A stretch of DNA of 55,978 nt from Alphaproteobacteria bacterium (lineage in GTDB: Bacteria; Pseudomonadota; Alphaproteobacteria; SMXQ01), in assembly GCA_036396355.1 (NCBI GenBank), contig DASWKZ010000131.1:1-55978 (forward strand), given 5' to 3'. How positions within the stretch are numbered: the stretch's first letter is position 1; the number at the start of each line of letters is the position of its first letter. Below, in pieces: positions 55,438-55,978 of this stretch. Under the pieces are notes generated by a model, which was not told the DNA's origin, did no database searches, and worked only from the letters and a program-made list of their open reading frames with translations. A program made the position numbers and the translations under genes.

Positions 55438-55506
55438 CGTCATTCCGGATCGCGGACTTTCGTTGCCAAATCGGAGATTTGGACGAAAGTCGCGTCCGGA
55501 ATGACG
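55438..55506. repeat. 69-nt near-perfect hairpin (palindromic element) between the DUF4167 gene and clpB
   Basis: CGTCATTCCGGATCGCGGACTTTCGT-TG-CCAAATC-GGA-GATTTGG-ACGAAAGTCGCGTCCGGAATGACG. The arms are about 24 nt plus an inner 7-bp stem, with only two single-base bulges. Confidence 0.65.
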
Positions 55507-55608
55507 AATTAATGGGTACAGCACCTAGCCCCGACACCGTCCGGAGAACGTCGCCCCGCCGGCCGTCGATGGCCGGGGCCGGGGCGTCGTCGTGATCACG
55601 CGGCCGAC

Positions 55609-55636
55609 CTTGCCTCCCGGGTGAACGATCCCATAT
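55609..55636 (+). promoter_or_regulatory. candidate RpoH (sigma32)-type heat-shock promoter for clpB
   Basis: CTTG (55609-55612), 17 nt, then CCCATAT (55630-55636). This matches the alphaproteobacterial heat-shock promoter pattern CTTG-N17-CYTATNT as I remember it. It lies about 110 nt upstream of the clpB ATG. Confidence 0.5.
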
Positions 55637-55746
55637 AGGAACTGCCCTTCGGTGACCGAGGGCGAAAGGTTCCAATACTCCCGAACCGCTGTTGTCGCGG
55701 TGATGCGCTGCCCGATCGGGGGCGCGGGAGAACGGAGACCGGGGTG

Positions 55747-55978
55747 ATGGATTTCGAGAAGTTCACCGAGCGATCGCGCGGCTTCGTTCAGGCTGCCCAG
55801 GCCAGGGCGGCGTCCCTCAAGCATCAGGAGCTCGCGTCCGAGCACCTTCTCAAGGTCCTGCTGGAGGACGAGGAGGGGCTGTGCGCCAATCTCATGCGCC
55901 GGGCCGGCGCCGATCCCGAGGCCGCCGGCCGCGCCGTGGACGCGGCCCTGGCGCGCCGTCCCAGGGTGGAGGGATCCG
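55747..55978 (+). CDS. clpB: ATP-dependent chaperone ClpB, N-terminal 77 codons (continues beyond the window end)
   Basis: Not in the ORF track because there is no stop. ATG 55747 gives MDFEKFTERSRGFVQAAQARAASLKHQELASEHLLKVLLEDEEGLCANLMRRAGADPEAA, the typical Clp_N repeat of ClpB. Confidence 0.85.
   Translation, partial: MDFEKFTERSRGFVQAAQARAASLKHQELASEHLLKVLLEDEEGLCANLMRRAGADPEAAGRAVDAALARRPRVEGS

Noticed and set aside
1-55978. Scan for CRISPR arrays, tRNA/rRNA/tmRNA genes, IS elements, retron or DGR reverse transcriptases, and known defence genes
   Set aside because: I found no regularly spaced direct repeats, no cloverleaf-compatible segments in the intergenic regions I read, and no transposase, RT or nuclease-type ORFs among the credible genes. 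This was done by eye only. A tRNAscan, Infernal or defence-HMM run would be needed to be certain.

Overview
This is a 55,978-bp chromosomal segment with very high G+C (about 70% by eye, with third codon positions almost all G/C). Gene content and gene order look alphaproteobacterial. The evidence is a class I LysRS, a bolA / J-domain / cobS / cobT block, DUF1178, DUF4167-clpB, lysC-ptsP, and xerD-accA next to secA-ppiC-argJ-mutT. A Rhodospirillales-like host is only a guess. I call 55 protein-coding genes. Two are truncated at the window edges and missing from the ORF track: a DinG-like helicase at the left edge and clpB at the right edge. Almost all genes are core housekeeping: aminoacyl-tRNA synthetases, pyrD, rpmB, aroKB, secA, accA, argJ, cysHDN, ubiG, lysC, ptsP, ispG, hisS, prfA/prmC. 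I found no rRNA, tRNA, CRISPR array, transposase, phage gene or integron. Most of the very long ORFs in the track (541, 986, 1362 and 915 aa, among others) are GC-driven shadow ORFs antisense to real genes. Many real genes start at internal codons of the listed ORFs. I did not recognise a clear multi-gene novel system. The parts most worth a second look are: (1) a stand-alone gene at 33.7 kb, with an AT-rich upstream block and its own terminator, for a 59-aa signal-peptide-bearing acidic Gly/Glu/Pro peptide; (2) a 1.2-kb low-GC islet at 2-3.2 kb encoding two orphan secreted proteins; (3) a diverged glutamyl-tRNA-reductase-like gene in a gamma-like hemA-prfA-prmC order inside an apparently alphaproteobacterial genome; (4) tandem Tat-signal dienelactone hydrolase paralogues; (5) a cobS-cobT pair with no cobN, joined to a J-protein and bolA; (6) three intergenic palindromic repeat elements and a shared AT-rich promoter module. 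Everything here comes from reading the sequence by eye. No database search or computation was run.
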